Source: Gordius albopunctatus
Taxonomy: Eukaryota
Length of the DNA: 64,000 nucleotides
Direction of reading: 5' to 3'
Assembly (NCBI GenBank): GCA_964276515.1
Contig: OZ193909.1
Coordinates: 11,718,001-11,782,000 of the forward strand
The notes beneath the pieces were generated by a model that was given only the letters and a program-made list of their open reading frames with translations, was not told where the DNA came from and did no database searches. This document shows, piece after piece, positions 1-24,406 of the stretch. Position numbers and translations under genes: made by a program. Position 1 is the first letter of the stretch, and each line of letters opens with the position of its first letter.

Positions 1-269
1 ATATTTATCATATTTATTAAATATTTCAAATTTTAGGCTTAGAATGAGTTCTAGTAAATTTTACTAAAGCATATTGCAAGATGCGGTAATTATAAATTGG
101 TAGTCAATCAATTTGAATAATTAACAAGTTAAGCTAATGTGGCCCAAGATTTTTGAGTGTTAAAAACCTTATGTTCTTAATCCTATAATAATGCTGCTTT
201 TATAGTTGTATTATGATATTATCATTAAAAGTCACTCGCATATTGTGGTTTAGAAGGCCATAGTAAACA

Positions 270-3248
270 GCGGTCCCAAGTCCGTGTGCAAAAAGTGGAG
301 GGTTGGCGTCAGGTCGAAAACCGGCCATAAAAACCAACTCTAAAATTATGATATTTTCAAACAAGATTTTACAAGAAAAGGCTAGGGCGTCCTCCACAAA
401 CGAAGCACACTGCATACCCCGCCCGTGCAATGTGAAAAATACATTAGGGTTACTGCCTAACTCATAACTAAGGCGGTTAAGGAAACTACTTGTGAAAAGA
501 ATGCAAATAGCTTGCTGGAATGTAGGAACGTTGACGGGGAAGAGCATCGAGGTCGCACAACTGCTAAAAATAAAAGGAAGGTGCACATCTCCTCCCTACA
601 AGAGACGAGGTGGAAGGGAACCAAAGCCCAGGAGTTAGGAGAAGGGTACAAACTATTCTACAGTGAGTCATCAAAGCGTAGAAGCGGGGTTGGTATCGTT
701 CTAAGCAAATCGTTCAAGGATAAGGTGGTCGAAGTCAAGCGTTGTTCCGACAGGCTAATGTGGGTGAAGATTGCCTACTAACCGTTATGTGCGCCTATGC
801 TCCCCAAATTGGGTGTTTGAAATCAGAGAAAGACATATTCTTTGATTCATCGGAAAAGGAAATACAAGGAATAAGAATAAGACTGGAAGAAAGGCTAATT
901 ATTGGGTCAGATTCCAACGCTAACGTAGGGAAAGATCGCCTCGGGTATGAACGCAATCATGGAGGCTATCGGCATGGTCTGAAGAATAAAGAAGGGGAAA
1001 ATTTCTCCAAGTATCCCAAGCATATGACATGGCGATCATTAACACATATTTTCAAAAACGCAAAGATCATATTGCGACCTATAGAAGTGGGAAGCATTTA
1101 GACAAATTGACTAATTGCTTATACGACGAAAGGACTTATTGAGTATCAAGGATTGCAAAGTAATACCGGGAGAAGAAATCGCCAGGCAACACCGTCCCCT
1201 TGTTATGGATCTTGACAGAAAAGTATTTCCCGAAAGAAGAAAGGTCTATGAACCTCGTTTTCGATACGAAAGACTAAAGGATACGTCGGCAAACGAAGAA
1301 TACCATCAAAAAGCCTCTCTCACTCTTGGGTGCAAGGAAGTTGTAAAGGGGCGTAGACGACGATTGGGAGACGCTATCTAATGACATTAATGAAACAGCG
1401 ATCCGTGTTCTAGGAAAGACCAAAAGAGGCAAAGCTATGAATAGGGAACTATGGTGGTGGGATCAATCGGTTAAAGATTTCATCGAAAGAAAGAAAAATC
1501 TATATAGACGGTGGCATAAATTAAAAAAGTCCCAAAATTATCAAGGGTACAGAGGCGCAAAGAGGGGCGCAAAAAAGGCCGTTGCAAAAGCAAAGAATGT
1601 CGCGTACACCGAGATGGCAAACAAACTGGATGATAAAGGGGGCGATAGGCTTATGTACGAATTAGCCAAGATAAGGGAGGAAAAAAGTCGCGATGTCGGA
1701 GTTCTTAAAATAGTCAAAAACACGAAGGGTGAAACCTTATTCAGCCGAAAGAAGTGATGGAAAGATGGAAAGGATATTTTAAGAAACTTATGAATATTGC
1801 AAATGACAAGGATTCCCTTCCCGAAATTGAGCCAAATATAAGTATGGTCGAACTCTTTCAGAATGATGAAGTTAGGACACAAATTAAGAAGATGCAAAAA
1901 GGAAAAGCAAATGACCCAGATGGAATACCTATGGAAGCATTGCTCGGATGTCGTGAAGAAGGAGTCAGCGCCATGACGAACCTCCTTAACAAGATATTGG
2001 TAGAAGAGCGAATCCCTAATCAATGGAGAGCAAGCACGATTATACCCTTATTTAAAAGCAAAGGAGACCCTTAGGATTGTGGCAATTATAGAGGTATCAA
2101 GCTTACGTGCCACTCCTTAAAGCTTATGGAATGGATCTTAGTAACAAGGCTGAAAAACGAGCTGGATTTATCGGCTAATCCATTCGGATTTGTGATCGGC
2201 AAATCCACAATCGACCCAATCTTCGCACTAAGACAAATTATGGATAAGTATGGTGGAAATAGGAAATACCTACATATGATTTTTATCGACTTGGAGAAAG
2301 CTTATGACACGGTCACCCGCGATTTAATATGGTGGTGCCTGAGGAAACAAAATATCCCTGACGCATAGGCTTATGAAAAATATGTATTAAGCCTCAAACT
2401 CTTGCGTTAGGACGACAGTTGGAGACTCTAAACCTTTTCGGGTCAATATTGGATTACATCAAGCTCTGATTTAAAAACTTTTTATTTAATATAATTATAG
2501 ACACGATAATGAGGGACATTCAAAAGCCATCGCCCTGGTGGAGGCTATATGCCGATTATATAGTACTATGTGAGCAAACAAGGGAGAAAGTATTCGAAGA
2601 AGCCGAAAAGTGGTCAAAGCGCTTGCCTGGATATGGTTTAAAGGTCAACGATTGAAAAACTGTATACATGGAAATTAACGGTAGAGGAACCCCATCGCTG
2701 GATGACCATCCAAAGTACCCAAAAGTAGACAGGTTTACATACCTCGGTTCGATGCTACATTAAGAGGGAGACTGCGCAACGGAAGTCAATGTCCGGATCC
2801 AAAAAGGATGGCTTAAATGGCGAAGTATATCCGGTGTAATGTGCGAAAAGAAAATGCCAATATGGTTAAAGAGCAAAGCTTACAAATCCATCGTAAGAGC
2901 GGTGTTACTCTATGGAAGTGAAACATGGGTATTAATGACGAATGACTTTCTCATGACAAAAATGGGTATTCACCCTATGGTGGACATGATTAACGAAAAT
3001 CGGCTTAAGTGGTATGGGCATATACTAAGAAAGGACATGGATGACGTAAATCGAAAAGCACTGGACATGGAGGTACCGGGGAAGAGAGGAAGAGGACGAC
3101 ACCGTGTTAAATGCAAAGGGCAAGTCGATAAAGTTTTGGAAACTAAAGAGATCAGTCAAGAAATGGCACTCATCATCCGGTCAAGATGGAAAAAACCTAT
3201 CAAAACAAACCCCACGAATGTGGCACCAAATAATTGATAAAGAAGAAG
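270..3248 (+). mobile_element. RTE-clade LINE, near full length, degenerate (APE endonuclease + RT)
   Basis: Fragmented ORFs with LQETRW, CAYAP, FIDLEKAYD and LLYGSETW motifs; (GAA)n tail; degenerate TSD agtaaaca/ggtaagca; same family as 38753-41843. Confidence 0.93.
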
Positions 3249-3939
3249 GGTAAGCATGCAATAAACATTGAGGGCTATAATGGATGAAGGTATTTATGGA
3301 CTTAAACGTTTGCCTTAATATGTTAAGGTCTACTTTTAAGCTTTAGCCAGTGTTAATAAAGGGTCTCAATTTGCTCAATTATGCAACAAAGTCAACTATA
3401 GGCGAACTCATAATTTTCTAAGTCTAATTATAGTTGAAAAACACAGTGAATTTGATACAAATGTTATAATTTGCTAGAACAATAAAATATACTTCAAATT
3501 TATTTAAAGTTCTTTTAGTCTGCATTTTTTATAGAAAATGTTATCTTTCTGAAATAATTCATATCTTCATATTGTCAATGAGATGTGGGGTGCCGCTAAA
3601 TCATCAAAAATTTTGTGTATGAAAGTTAAAAAAATATAAAAGTTTGCCATTTTGATTTTTTAACACTTATTTAATATCTATCTATATACTAGATGAACCC
3701 GGCAAACGTTGTTTTGACATTTACCTGGGTGTATTAAATTATGTTGGAATTTTAGGGCATATATGATGATAAAGCGGTTAGAGAAGTAAAAATAAAGTTT
3801 GATAATTTATAAACAAAGAGTTAAAGAGGGTCCAAGGCCCAGGCCCACCTAAGAGAGAAAACCACGCCCCATGGCCCCCTGGTCCTTCAAGCAATTTTTA
3901 TTTTTTTGTAATTAAGAAACAATATCATAATTATAATGT

Positions 3940-4960
3940 TCTTCATAGATATATTTTCGGGAATTGTCGAGGGTGTTAGAAAATTATTGTAATAAATATA
4001 ATATTTCGTCCTCATAGAGGACATCGTCAGATAAGTAAAATAGATTTAAATAAAATAAAATAAAATATAAACTAAATAGAATGTTCTTTTGGTAGTGATA
4101 AATTAGTGTGTATCCAAGGGTAGAGGGGTGGTACCCTTCCCATATCTTCATTTAAAGTGGGGTTAAGTCTTCTAATAAAGAAGGACTCTAAGGTCTTCTT
4201 CCTTTCAAAATATGATTTTGTAAAAAGTAGAATTGATTGTTTGAGTTTTGACGTATGATTTTCCTTTAAAATGTGGTTAGATACTCCTGTAGGTACCCCG
4301 TTGGGGCGAAATAAAGCTGCCAAGTGTTCTTTAAGCCTAACTCTTAAGTCTCTTTTTGTTTCCCCAATGTAAAACTGGTTGCAATCACTACAAGTAATTT
4401 TATAGATAACGTTATTTGTCTGTAAATCGGATTCATAGTTATTTTGTAATATTGTTGAGAGTGATTCATTAGGTTTTTGTGTGATGATGATGTCATTAAT
4501 ATTATTCCTTTTTAAAATTTTTTAAATGATTTTTAAAAATGTAAATGGTAACGATGGGTGATGCGGAAAATGTATAAATGTTTTATCATTAATATTTTTT
4601 TGCTTATTTTCAGTTAAAAAACATTTTTTAGAATATTATTGAAAAGTTGATTTGGATATCCAAGAGAACAGAATGTTTCATATAAATAAACCATTTCTTT
4701 AATATATGCGGATTGTGAAGACGATAAATGAATTGCTCGATTAATAAGCCAGCCTAAAGTATTGACTTTAAAAGTGAAAGGAGTAAAACTATTAAAAGGA
4801 ATATAGTTCAAACGTGATTCCGTAGGTTTGTGATAAACCTGAGTATGAAAAATATTTTGATTTCTGGTAATTAAAACGTCCAGAAAAGGCAAACATTGAT
4901 TCGTTTCAATTTCATATGTAAATTTTATGTTAATATGAAATGAATTTAATAGATTTACAC
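3940..4960 (-). mobile_element. Penelope-like retroelement 3' fragment (RT C-terminus + GIY-YIG endonuclease)
   Basis: IKFTYEIE..LPFLDV..VYHKPT (4614-4964); NVIYKITCSDCNQFYIGETKRDLRVRLKEH (about 4325-4415); boundaries approximate. Confidence 0.88.
3995..4036 (-). ncRNA. Hammerhead-ribozyme-like core downstream of the Penelope ORF
   Basis: Minus strand reads CTGACGA-T-GTCCTC-TAT-GAGGAC-GAAA; helix I and III pairing imperfect. Confidence 0.55.
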
Positions 4961-5536
4961 ACACACATACATAGTTTCATTTTTATATATAAGATATATA
5001 TAAAGTAAAGTGTATGTATGTGTATGTAAGGGCTGAATTCTGAAACTACCTGCCCGATTCGTGCGAAACTTTACCCGTAGGTTCCCGGGGCGGCTAGTAG
5101 TAAAATAGCTTTTTCAGATTCCTAAAATACCTTTTCGTTTTAAAAATATCGGACATTTCCGGGCCAGTTTCATTTATAGCATTATATACAATAATGACGT
5201 CATACATAATTGAAAAATTCAAATAAAATTGATGTTCTTTTTTTAATTTTCTGTTTATAAAACCTTATATAATTTTAGAATAATGTATACATATTGCCTA
5301 TTTTGCATATCTCTTATATCATTGCCTATATATTTACTTATGATAATTTGTCAGCATCAAAAATTAGTTGCCAGCTTCAAATTATGGTAAGATTGATGTT
5401 TCATACTTATTTATTTCTTATTTATATTGTGAAATTTTATGTGATAATTTAAAGGGTAAGAATTAAAGAAATTATGTTGTGTTGTTACTTTTTAAACTTA
5501 TTATACCAATTTTTTTACTTTATACTTTTTAAGTAA

Positions 5537-6290
5537 TTTTTTTTTTTTTTAATATTAAAAAGTTTATTGGTTAAAAATCCGTCGACAGTAATCTAATATA
5601 AATACATAAAATATAAAAGACAAAATGCGTCAAATAAAATAATACACTATTCTAATATATCATCATCGAGGGGATCTTCCAAAATTGGCCAAGAATCCGC
5701 GAACGATTTAAAATTGTACTTGGCTATAAGAATACCAAGTCGTTGTTTAAGTAAAAAGGATACCGAATGTTTAGACGGGGGAGAACGTCTTCCTACCTCT
5801 TTAAAAAAGGCCAAGGCCTGTTTGCCAAAGGTGCCTGAACACGAAGCAACCAATGGAATAAAAATGTTTGAGGATAATAGGGCTTTGTATTTATTAGCTT
5901 TCCGCCCCTCTGCGACAGCTAAAGAATCATTGTTGTAGTTAGAGGGAGCAAATAGGTCAATACACGTGAAGTCCCATTTAAGGTGAAGACCATTGCTCCA
6001 TGGGACTAAAGAAGATCCATCAGGACGCATACGTCCCTCCAAGGAGGGGTCCGATGGCTCCAAGATGGATGGGATATTTGCTCTCTTCAATGCACTTTGA
6101 ATTAAGGTATTGGCCTTATTGTGCCTAACATATTTAAATTTGTTTGCCAGGCAGTGTAAGGGATGCCTGGCTTGTTCGTCTACGAGTATGCTGCAATTTC
6201 GGCAAATAAATGGCTTTGAAAATTTCACCCCTAGCCTGAGAGCTATGGAGTACGAAAGTTCCGAGTCCTCCAGCATCATCCCGATACTGG
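5537..6290 (-). mobile_element. 5'-truncated CRE-like non-LTR retrotransposon (CCHC finger + restriction-like endonuclease)
   Basis: CxxC..HPLHC, RHN and RMRPDG..WDFTC motifs (ORF 5647-6306); AATAAA and poly(A) tail (T run 5537-5550). Confidence 0.85.
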
Positions 6291-7439
6291 TTTCTATTGT
6301 AATCATACTTCACCTATAACTTCTTTACCTGATCAATGTTTTACTAGGTATAACGATATAACTATATTTCTAACTTTTTTCTCATACATAAATATTTTGC
6401 TTCTATTATACTCGCGGAGATTTGTATAATTTCTAATTATTTCTCAGTTCAACCAAATATTATAAATGCTTTCATTTAACCAAATTTGAAGGAGATCTTT
6501 TAATATATCTTTACATTACACTACTATAAACGCTGTACTAAAATATTTTCTATTATAACTTAGTTTAATACACCAGTGCAGTGGTTTATAAATTTTTGTT
6601 ACCCAACTATGCATATTATCGTTAACATCGCACTTTTCAACATATAAAATTAATAAATACTGTAGAGAGGTAATAGGAGTGCGAAGCGCCTCCGGGGATA
6701 CGTTACTTACCAAGGTGTTGTCGTTATTTACCCGGGTGTTAATCAAATTATCGTTACCTGTGTGTTGCCGCTATTTACTCGTGTAGTCAATCAAATTAGC
6801 GTTAATTAGTTGTAAATTATATATGCGTGGGATGTACACGTCTAACCAGACTTATGATTTTCTTACTATTGTGATATCCTTGCGTAACGTGTTTTGGAGA
6901 TTATTCCCTTTTAAACTATTACAGATCTATTTAACTATGAATAAGTATGCCTTTTCCTATATTTTTTACATCATAAACGATTGACCCAATTTTTTTTATA
7001 AATGTTTTATTAATGAATACTAATTATTTAACTAATTAAGGACTAAGCCAAAGCAACGCTTGGCCGGGCACAGCTAGTTTTTAATAAAATAGGATAAATT
7101 TTATTCGTATATATTTTAAAAATCGAGACGAGACCGAGATTTCTCTAGGCTAAGAAGAGATCGAGATTTTTATAATCGCTCCAAAGACGAGATTTTGTTT
7201 TCGAGATGGAGACGAGATAAAACACTATTCATTATCACACATTTATTCAAGCTTTCTGCCATTTACTTCAATGATGTGATTTATAAACAAAATTTTCCCT
7301 AACAATGCATGTCTTATAAATTTTAAATAAAAAATAGTAAACTGGTAGGTTTGATAACTCTGATTATGAATTTCTCATAACTTTTAAACTTAAAAAATAA
7401 CTACATATACAGACATTTACGAACCAATTTTTAAAGTTC

Positions 7440-8836
7440 ATGCGTTTTAATAAAGCATTTTAACTAATTTATTTGAACCTTAAAAAGTGAAATATATTCG
7501 AACTTGGAAAATATCACCCAAAATTCTTTGACTTTGCCCAAATTAAAAAAGACAATATGTATGTTTTAGGCGCACCTATCGGGGGACCTGAGTCCCTAAA
7601 AAACATTTTAGCCCAAAACCTTTCATTTTTAAATACCAAAGTAGACATTTTTAAATCCATGCCCTCACATCATTCCTTTTATATTATAAAAAACTATTAC
7701 AACATTAGCAAAATTTTATTCTGTTTCCGATTCACGCAAGCTTTTTTGTTTAAAGATATTTTACACAACTATGAAAACTTTTTTAAATCCACACTTGAAT
7801 CAATTTTAAATAATTCTTTTAACACGAATACTTGGCTTCAAGCCACTTTTTCCTCAAAATCCGGTGGTCTAGGGATTCGCTGACAATCCGCGATTTCCCT
7901 AGACGCCTTTATTTCTTCCTCCCTATCTTTTAAACAACATATTAATGACCTTATCCCATTCTCACTTAATCCCTCCATCAATCAAGCTTTATCCCTATGT
8001 AATTAGAATGTCACTATAGGAGCTAATATACCACAATCATACGCTCAAAAATATTTGGATGCAAGCCGCTGCTTACCTTCTCTGGACATGCGACGCCAAA
8101 CAGCATTGCAATCTTAGGTCTCTAGTAAGTTTTCGGGGATGTTTTTAGAGAACCCTACCCTGTCCTTCAATATAGCCCTCGGCTTGGGCTGTAAATACAC
8201 GACACTATATCCCTGCCGGCTTTGTAATTTACTTGTAGATGAAGAAGCGCGTCATCCTCTCCATTGTAAATTTAACAAAAGACGTTATAGTAGGCATCAA
8301 ATAATAAATACATTGTTACAAGCTGCCCTCAAACGCGCAAAAGTTTACTCCATCCTTGAACCGTTAGATCCCTCTCTTGAAGGGCGGATGCGTCCTGACG
8401 GTACGTGACTAATCCCATGAAAGGCCTTTTTTTAAATGGGACTGCACTTGTATTGAAATGTTTGCACCCTCCAACGATACTCAAGACTCCCTAGGATGGG
8501 CAGAGCTATATCCGTAAAATATTCAGCTTTATCAGAAACCTCTTTTCTATTCCTATCGTTTTGTTGTGCTCAGAGACATTTGGGAAGAACGCTTTACATT
8601 TTTTAAATAACTTAATAAATGTTCCCTTCCTTCAAAAATATCGAATAGTTTTATACTAAGACAATTAATCGCCATTGCGATCGCTTAATCCAATCTCTAT
8701 TCCCTAATGGATTCAATGGCCATTCATAAAGAAGAAGAGACGGATAACGTCTTTTCATCATTTTTTTTATATCTTTTTATTAATTCCATTATATATCTAA
8801 TACTTTTCTATAATAAAGCATGTTAAATAAAAAAAA
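7440..8836 (+). mobile_element. 5'-truncated, degenerate CRE-like non-LTR retrotransposon
   Basis: VLGAPIG, SKSGGLGIR, CRLC..HPLHC and RMRPDG; AATAAA and A tail near 8830; start approximate. Confidence 0.85.
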
Positions 8837-9198
8837 CTACTATGGTTTTAGCCCATTATACAAAACACCCAATAGTGGCACTATCATATTGTCCTAAACA
8901 TTATATGTCCCTACATTTTGATTTTAATGTATCATTCTTTTATGGGTCATTTACTAATACTATTTTAATTAAGTTATGATATAATTAGATTTTGTTCTTG
9001 TTCAATTAACTATAAAAACTCTCTTACAGGTAGCAATACATTCCTTCTCATAACTAAATTTTTTGCTACCCTACACAAATCTGTCAAAATTTTGAAATAC
9101 TGGATTACAAGTTTGCAAAATATTCCGGTGAATTGTGAATATTTTTCGATACTTAAATATTCGACAATTTCTTAACACATATGATATAAAATTTTAAC

Positions 9199-12100
9199 AT
9201 GAACCAAGGTATTGCACCTTTATTGCCTAGAATGAAGAAAATAGTAGCTTCAGCATCTGTTAAGCAAACGAGACCAAGAGTTTTAATGCTATATAAAAAA
9301 TTCCTCCGCCATATTCCTGACATAAGTAAATTAAAAACAGTGAGCATTGGTCTTTATTTAAATAAAGTTTTTATATGTCAACAAACTTATCAAAGATAAA
9401 ACATATATAAAATAAATATTAAGCATATTTAATATGGTTAAAATATTTAATATGTTGATTAACAGATTTTAAGTATTGGCATTTTTTATATTGTTTATTT
9501 TACAAAATATGATGCAACGCTTATATGTTAATAAGCATATTCAAAGGTATATGAACTCAAATAAATTTTAACTTTTTTTCTGCTACATTTATTATTTCAA
9601 GATGGTCTATTTAAGGTTTTTATGAATAAACTCAGTTCTCTCCAACATTAAATGCTTATAATTATATTTATTACTAAGACTGGTCTATATTTTTTTATCA
9701 AAGTTAAAATTACAAAATAAGTGTGGTGGAGGGTGTTATTTATTATAAACAAATTTTTATCTTATTTCTTAATTAAATATTTATATTAGACTAAATATAA
9801 AGCTGTTGCAACCTTCCATTTCAATTTTATCAATGTTCATTAAAACAAGCTTTTAGAAAATTATGTAGTTGGTAAACTTGATCCATACAGACTAATTTCT
9901 GACCAAAATTTAAAATTATTATAGTTAGCCAAATATTTGTTTATATTTACATAATGTACTAATTTTAAAAAAATCAGTATATTAAAGCAACTCAAAGACA
10001 GAATTATTAAATAACATTTTAGGGTATAGTTTATACTTAAACTAAAATTGATATTTTTATATTACACATAATTGGTTCAATACATAAATTTAAAACGCCA
10101 ATTTTTGTCTCACCAAAAATTTTGTGTAAATAATCAATTCATTATATATATTTTTATATGTAATTTATATAAAGGTAGGACATACAACTCGAATTAAAAA
10201 GCATTTAAAAAAGGCAAATAAATTTTACCAAGGCGCATTTGCGTTGTTTTCAAAGCTTAATATATACAAAATTCCTTTAATTTGAATATAAAAGCATTTT
10301 TAAATTATATTTTTTAAAGTTATACGGTTTCCCACGCTCCCGCTGACGTACAATGGATTGCGGGACAAGATAAGGGAAGAATTCCTCAAGAATAAAGATG
10401 TTAAAGATGTCAGGGCCATTGATATTTTAATTCACAAGGTAGGTCTAACCTATATCGTGGAGCAATATTTTAGACAAGTATTTTTTCTTATTAATTGCAC
10501 TAAATAGTAACCTTTAAACTGGTATATCAAACATTAAAAATATGTTTTAAATACTAAATTTAAAGCAATTTTATCGTTTGTTTTAATCTCTATGTATTAA
10601 TTTTGCAAAATAATTTAATTTATTTGCAGTTTGTGTTGTAATTTGCATAGCCTATTAGAACAGATGGCTAAAAATAAGGAAAATTCTAGAGGCAGCAGTG
10701 GGGCAGACTAAGATTTGGATTTTAAGGGGTCGTTAGAAATACAAGAGCTTTGAAAAGAAAAAATAATCTTATATATACTTTTATGGCTTAGTGGATGGTT
10801 ACACAGACATTATTTGGCTTATAAAAATTATGCTTAAACTTTCAGTAGCAACCCTTATCAATAAAAGGTTGCAAATTATGGTTATCACCAGTATTGTTAA
10901 CGCTCCTTTTTAAAAGTAGCGATTCCCGCTCCCGCTCCTACCTTCTCAAAAGGAGCGCTCCCGCTCCAACTAATGGAGCGGCGCTCCATCACCGCTCCTT
11001 TGATTTTTATTTTTTTTAGTAGGTACACGAAACAAAATTTTTTTTTTATCAAAACGTTTTATTTATATTATATGATATATCAAAATATTTTATTAGCTTT
11101 TAAAAGTAATAAATGTTCTAAATGAGAATCTAACAAACACCCACGCCTCTCTCCTAAGACCTGTTTTGCGATACTAAATAGGCGCTCCACAGGAGCACTA
11201 GAGGGAAGCGCGGTATTGTATTTAATATAAATATTTTTTAATTCATGGAATTGTTCAAAAATAGTAATTTTGCTATCATTATCTAAAAAATATCTATCCA
11301 ATATATTATTTTCATGGTAATCGATTTCATGGAATCCAAAGAAATCTTCCAAATCATTACAAGGCTCCCGTGAACTAGTTGTAGCTATTTTTTCCGCCGG
11401 GTATTTGTTTCCTTAAGAAATTAATTAATCTGGCTTTTTGTTCCATATTTTTTGGATCTTTTATCCATTCCCAATTCAATTTAAATGCAGGATGGACAAT
11501 CGCTGCAATTATATTATCATCATTATAAATATTTGGAAATCTGTAATAAAGTTATTTAAATAGATATAATTTACGTTATTATAATATAAACCTTTTATTA
11601 ATACCGCTGATGAGAGACTTTACAAGAGGTTGGCAAAACTCTAAATCTGATAATTCATTTAATTTTGAAATGAGTTTAAAAATGGTCGGACTTAGGAAAC
11701 CCATGTCCATATGAAGCTCCCCTTCAAAAATTTTCAGAGATTTTTTAATAGGTTCCATAACCTAAAATTTATTTATATCACTAAGATAACGATTATATTT
11801 GAATATTTACTTGACTATACTCTTTAATAAATTTACGTTCTTGGGAGTTAAAACGCATAAGCCCAAGGTTATCACATCACTCATCAAGGTCCTTTTGTTT
11901 TTCATCTAACATTTTATCTAGCAAAACCATGGACTCATAATACGAATTCCACCTAGTGGAATTTGGGCATATTAGATACCTACCCAACTTTCTGATAATT
12001 TCGTCTGCCATATTTGTAGACATATTTTGTTTATTCCACAAAGATTGACACTTTTGAATTAAACTTTGAGATACTATTTTAAAGCTTCTATCCCCTAAAG

Positions 12101-13932
12101 CTTTCTCTGCATCAACTGTTGCCATCAAATTAAGACTGTGACAAGCACATCTTGAATGTTGAGGGAGATAATCACAGCTTTCTGCCCTATTATTTAGGAT
12201 ATCATCAATATCCACAAATTGCAAATCATCATCAATCTCATAACTTTTATCTTCAAACATTCTAAAAAATAAAAGGAAAGTTATAATTTTAAAATATATA
12301 TTTGAGATTACCTGAATGCCTTCACAAAGTTCCTACCATTATCAGTAATGGTTTTTATTACTTTATTCTGAATTTTAAAACTTTTGTGTATATCAATTAT
12401 CATCTTGGCCAAAACATCAAAAGTATGCTTGCCTTGAACACGTCTTAGGGCTAAAGCTGCTGATTTTCTTTGCAATGATCTTGTGCCACTCCAATGAGCA
12501 GTTACACCCAAAAAAGACCTTTATAAGTTAAATTAATCAAGCACATTTAAAAAAATTTAGACACTACCTTCTAAATCCACTCCAGCAATCAGCTGTGGTA
12601 CACACATAAGATACTCCAGAAAGCATTTCTATAATATCATTCATCATTTTATCATAACGCAAACCTATCTTTGCTATTAGTGTTTGGCGGCACATTACCT
12701 TTGCTGAAGGGGAAAACGTTTGTATCATTTTGACAAAGCTAGGATTATCTACAGTTGATAAAGGAACTAGTGTCTCAATGACATAATCAATGATTGCATT
12801 ATCTCCTTCAGTTTTTGTAGTTTATATGTTTTTTGACCAAAATTTAATATTGACTGTTTTTTCTCAGAAGAGGGAGATTTATTATATTTATAGGTATTGA
12901 TATGATTTTCAATTTTTGAATATTGATTATCATGTACTTTCTAAATGTAAATTAAATTTATAAGCTCAACTAATGTATGTAATGAATTGCCCAAATATAA
13001 TTAAAACCATTTTAAAAAAATTATTATTAAATAAAGAAATATTGATTTTACCTTCAAGTGTTTTTTTAAATCAGAGCTGCTAATTTTAGAGAAAGAAATA
13101 ATTTTGTTATTAATGCACAATAGGCATTTCGACTTTAATCTGACTTTATCATCTGTAGTATCAATCAGCTTGAAATATTTTTTAAATGGTGGAAATGGAA
13201 ATTCCACTTCGGTTTCTTCTTCATCTTCTATAATCTCTATCTCTGGATACATGGAAAAACTATTTTTTATTATATAAAAAATTAATATGACTTACAGTTT
13301 TTTCAAAATTCTTTAATATAAAACAGATGTTTAATGTTTTAAATGATTAGATGAAAAATCAAAATAAAATTCGGCTCAACATTTAATAATGAATAAATTA
13401 AATTTACATTAAATTTTAATTAACAAACATTATTAATATTTAAAAAATAATATAATTTATATATTAAATTTAAAGGAGCGGAGAAGCGGCGCTCCTCCGC
13501 TCCAGCCCTCAAAGGAGCGATTCCCGCTCCCGCTCCTCATTTTTAAATAGGAGTGGCGCTCCAGCTTTTTTTTTAAAAAATGTAGCGGCGCTCCTGAGCG
13601 CCGCTCCTTAACAAGACTGGTTATCACCAATCAAACGTTATTGCCTAGGAGGGCCTCATTCAAACTATATTTTACTTGCAAAATGTATTTAATATCCTTC
13701 CACAGTCATATAAGTTTATAACTAACTACATTTTATTGAGGGTGTAAGGGAAAGTGCGTTTCAAACGAAATTAACCATTTTTCTTCATTTCTAGGGCGAA
13801 ATGGAATACAACGATATCATATTCGTTCACGCCCAAGGTTGTCATATCATGAATTACTTTCAGCACACTCAAGTTTCGAGACCTAAAGATTTCATCGGCA
13901 AATTTTTGTCCGGGCCCACCTCCATGATATAA
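9199..13932 (+). CDS. NDUFA6: NADH dehydrogenase (ubiquinone) 1 alpha subcomplex subunit 6 (LYRM family), 127 aa
   Basis: Exons 9199-9325, 10320-10438, 13795-13932, GT-AG and in frame: RVLMLYKKFLRHIP..LRDKIREEFLKNKDVKDVRAIDILIHKGEMEY..HIMNYF..RPKDFIGKFL. Confidence 0.9.
10889..13619 (-). mobile_element. hAT transposon with an intron-containing, inactivated BED-finger transposase, in NDUFA6 intron 2
   Basis: 8-bp TSD gttatcac; TIR cagtattgttaa/cagtcttgttaa; gctcc subterminal repeats; TTADCW, TDNG, CACHSLNL, TRWNS and PSSAPVERLFS; frameshift near 12830 and stop at 11877. Confidence 0.95.
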
Positions 13933-14212
13933 TTTTATTGAAACACATTATTCCCGATGAAAATATTTATAATAACGACCGTAATCCATAACAAAATTTT
14001 ACCTGGTTGTTTATAAGGTATTAGTTAAATGGGATAGTTTCGTCGCAATAAAAAATTACAAAGTTTTTACCATAATGCATATTATATGAAAAACCATAAA
14101 GGGCGTCGATAAAAGTGGGAAAAGCATTAACCAACGATAATAACACACGCAAAAAACAAGCACGACGGGATAATTGGTTCGAACGCGGCATCATAACAAA
14201 ACAACGCAGGGC

Positions 14213-24406
<10,194 letters not shown>

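Larger units (their letters stand above)
3689..4994 (-). mobile_element. Non-autonomous Helitron (family B) nested in Helitron A
   Basis: Minus-strand 5' TCTTATATATAAAAATGAAAC and 3' ...tttgccgggttcatCTAG match the ends of 16699-17449; A|T target. Confidence 0.8.
3677..7077 (+). mobile_element. Non-autonomous Helitron (family A) with nested insertions
   Basis: Inserted between A and T of the host element (empty site near 60670); 5' TCTATCTATA; 3' hairpin gccaaagc-aac-gcttggc then CTAG. Confidence 0.8.
1..7227 (+). mobile_element. Degenerate hAT-like DNA transposon (GAGACGAGA subterminal-repeat family), left end outside the window, hosting nested insertions
   Basis: 200-269, 3249-3676 and 7078-7227 align collinearly with the uninterrupted copy at about 60180-60875; ends ...gagacgagataaaacacta. 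Confidence 0.7.

Noticed and set aside
200..2023. Minus-strand ORFs over the RTE (also the plus-strand ORFs at 40069-41791)
   Set aside because: Shadow frames of the LINE coding sequence
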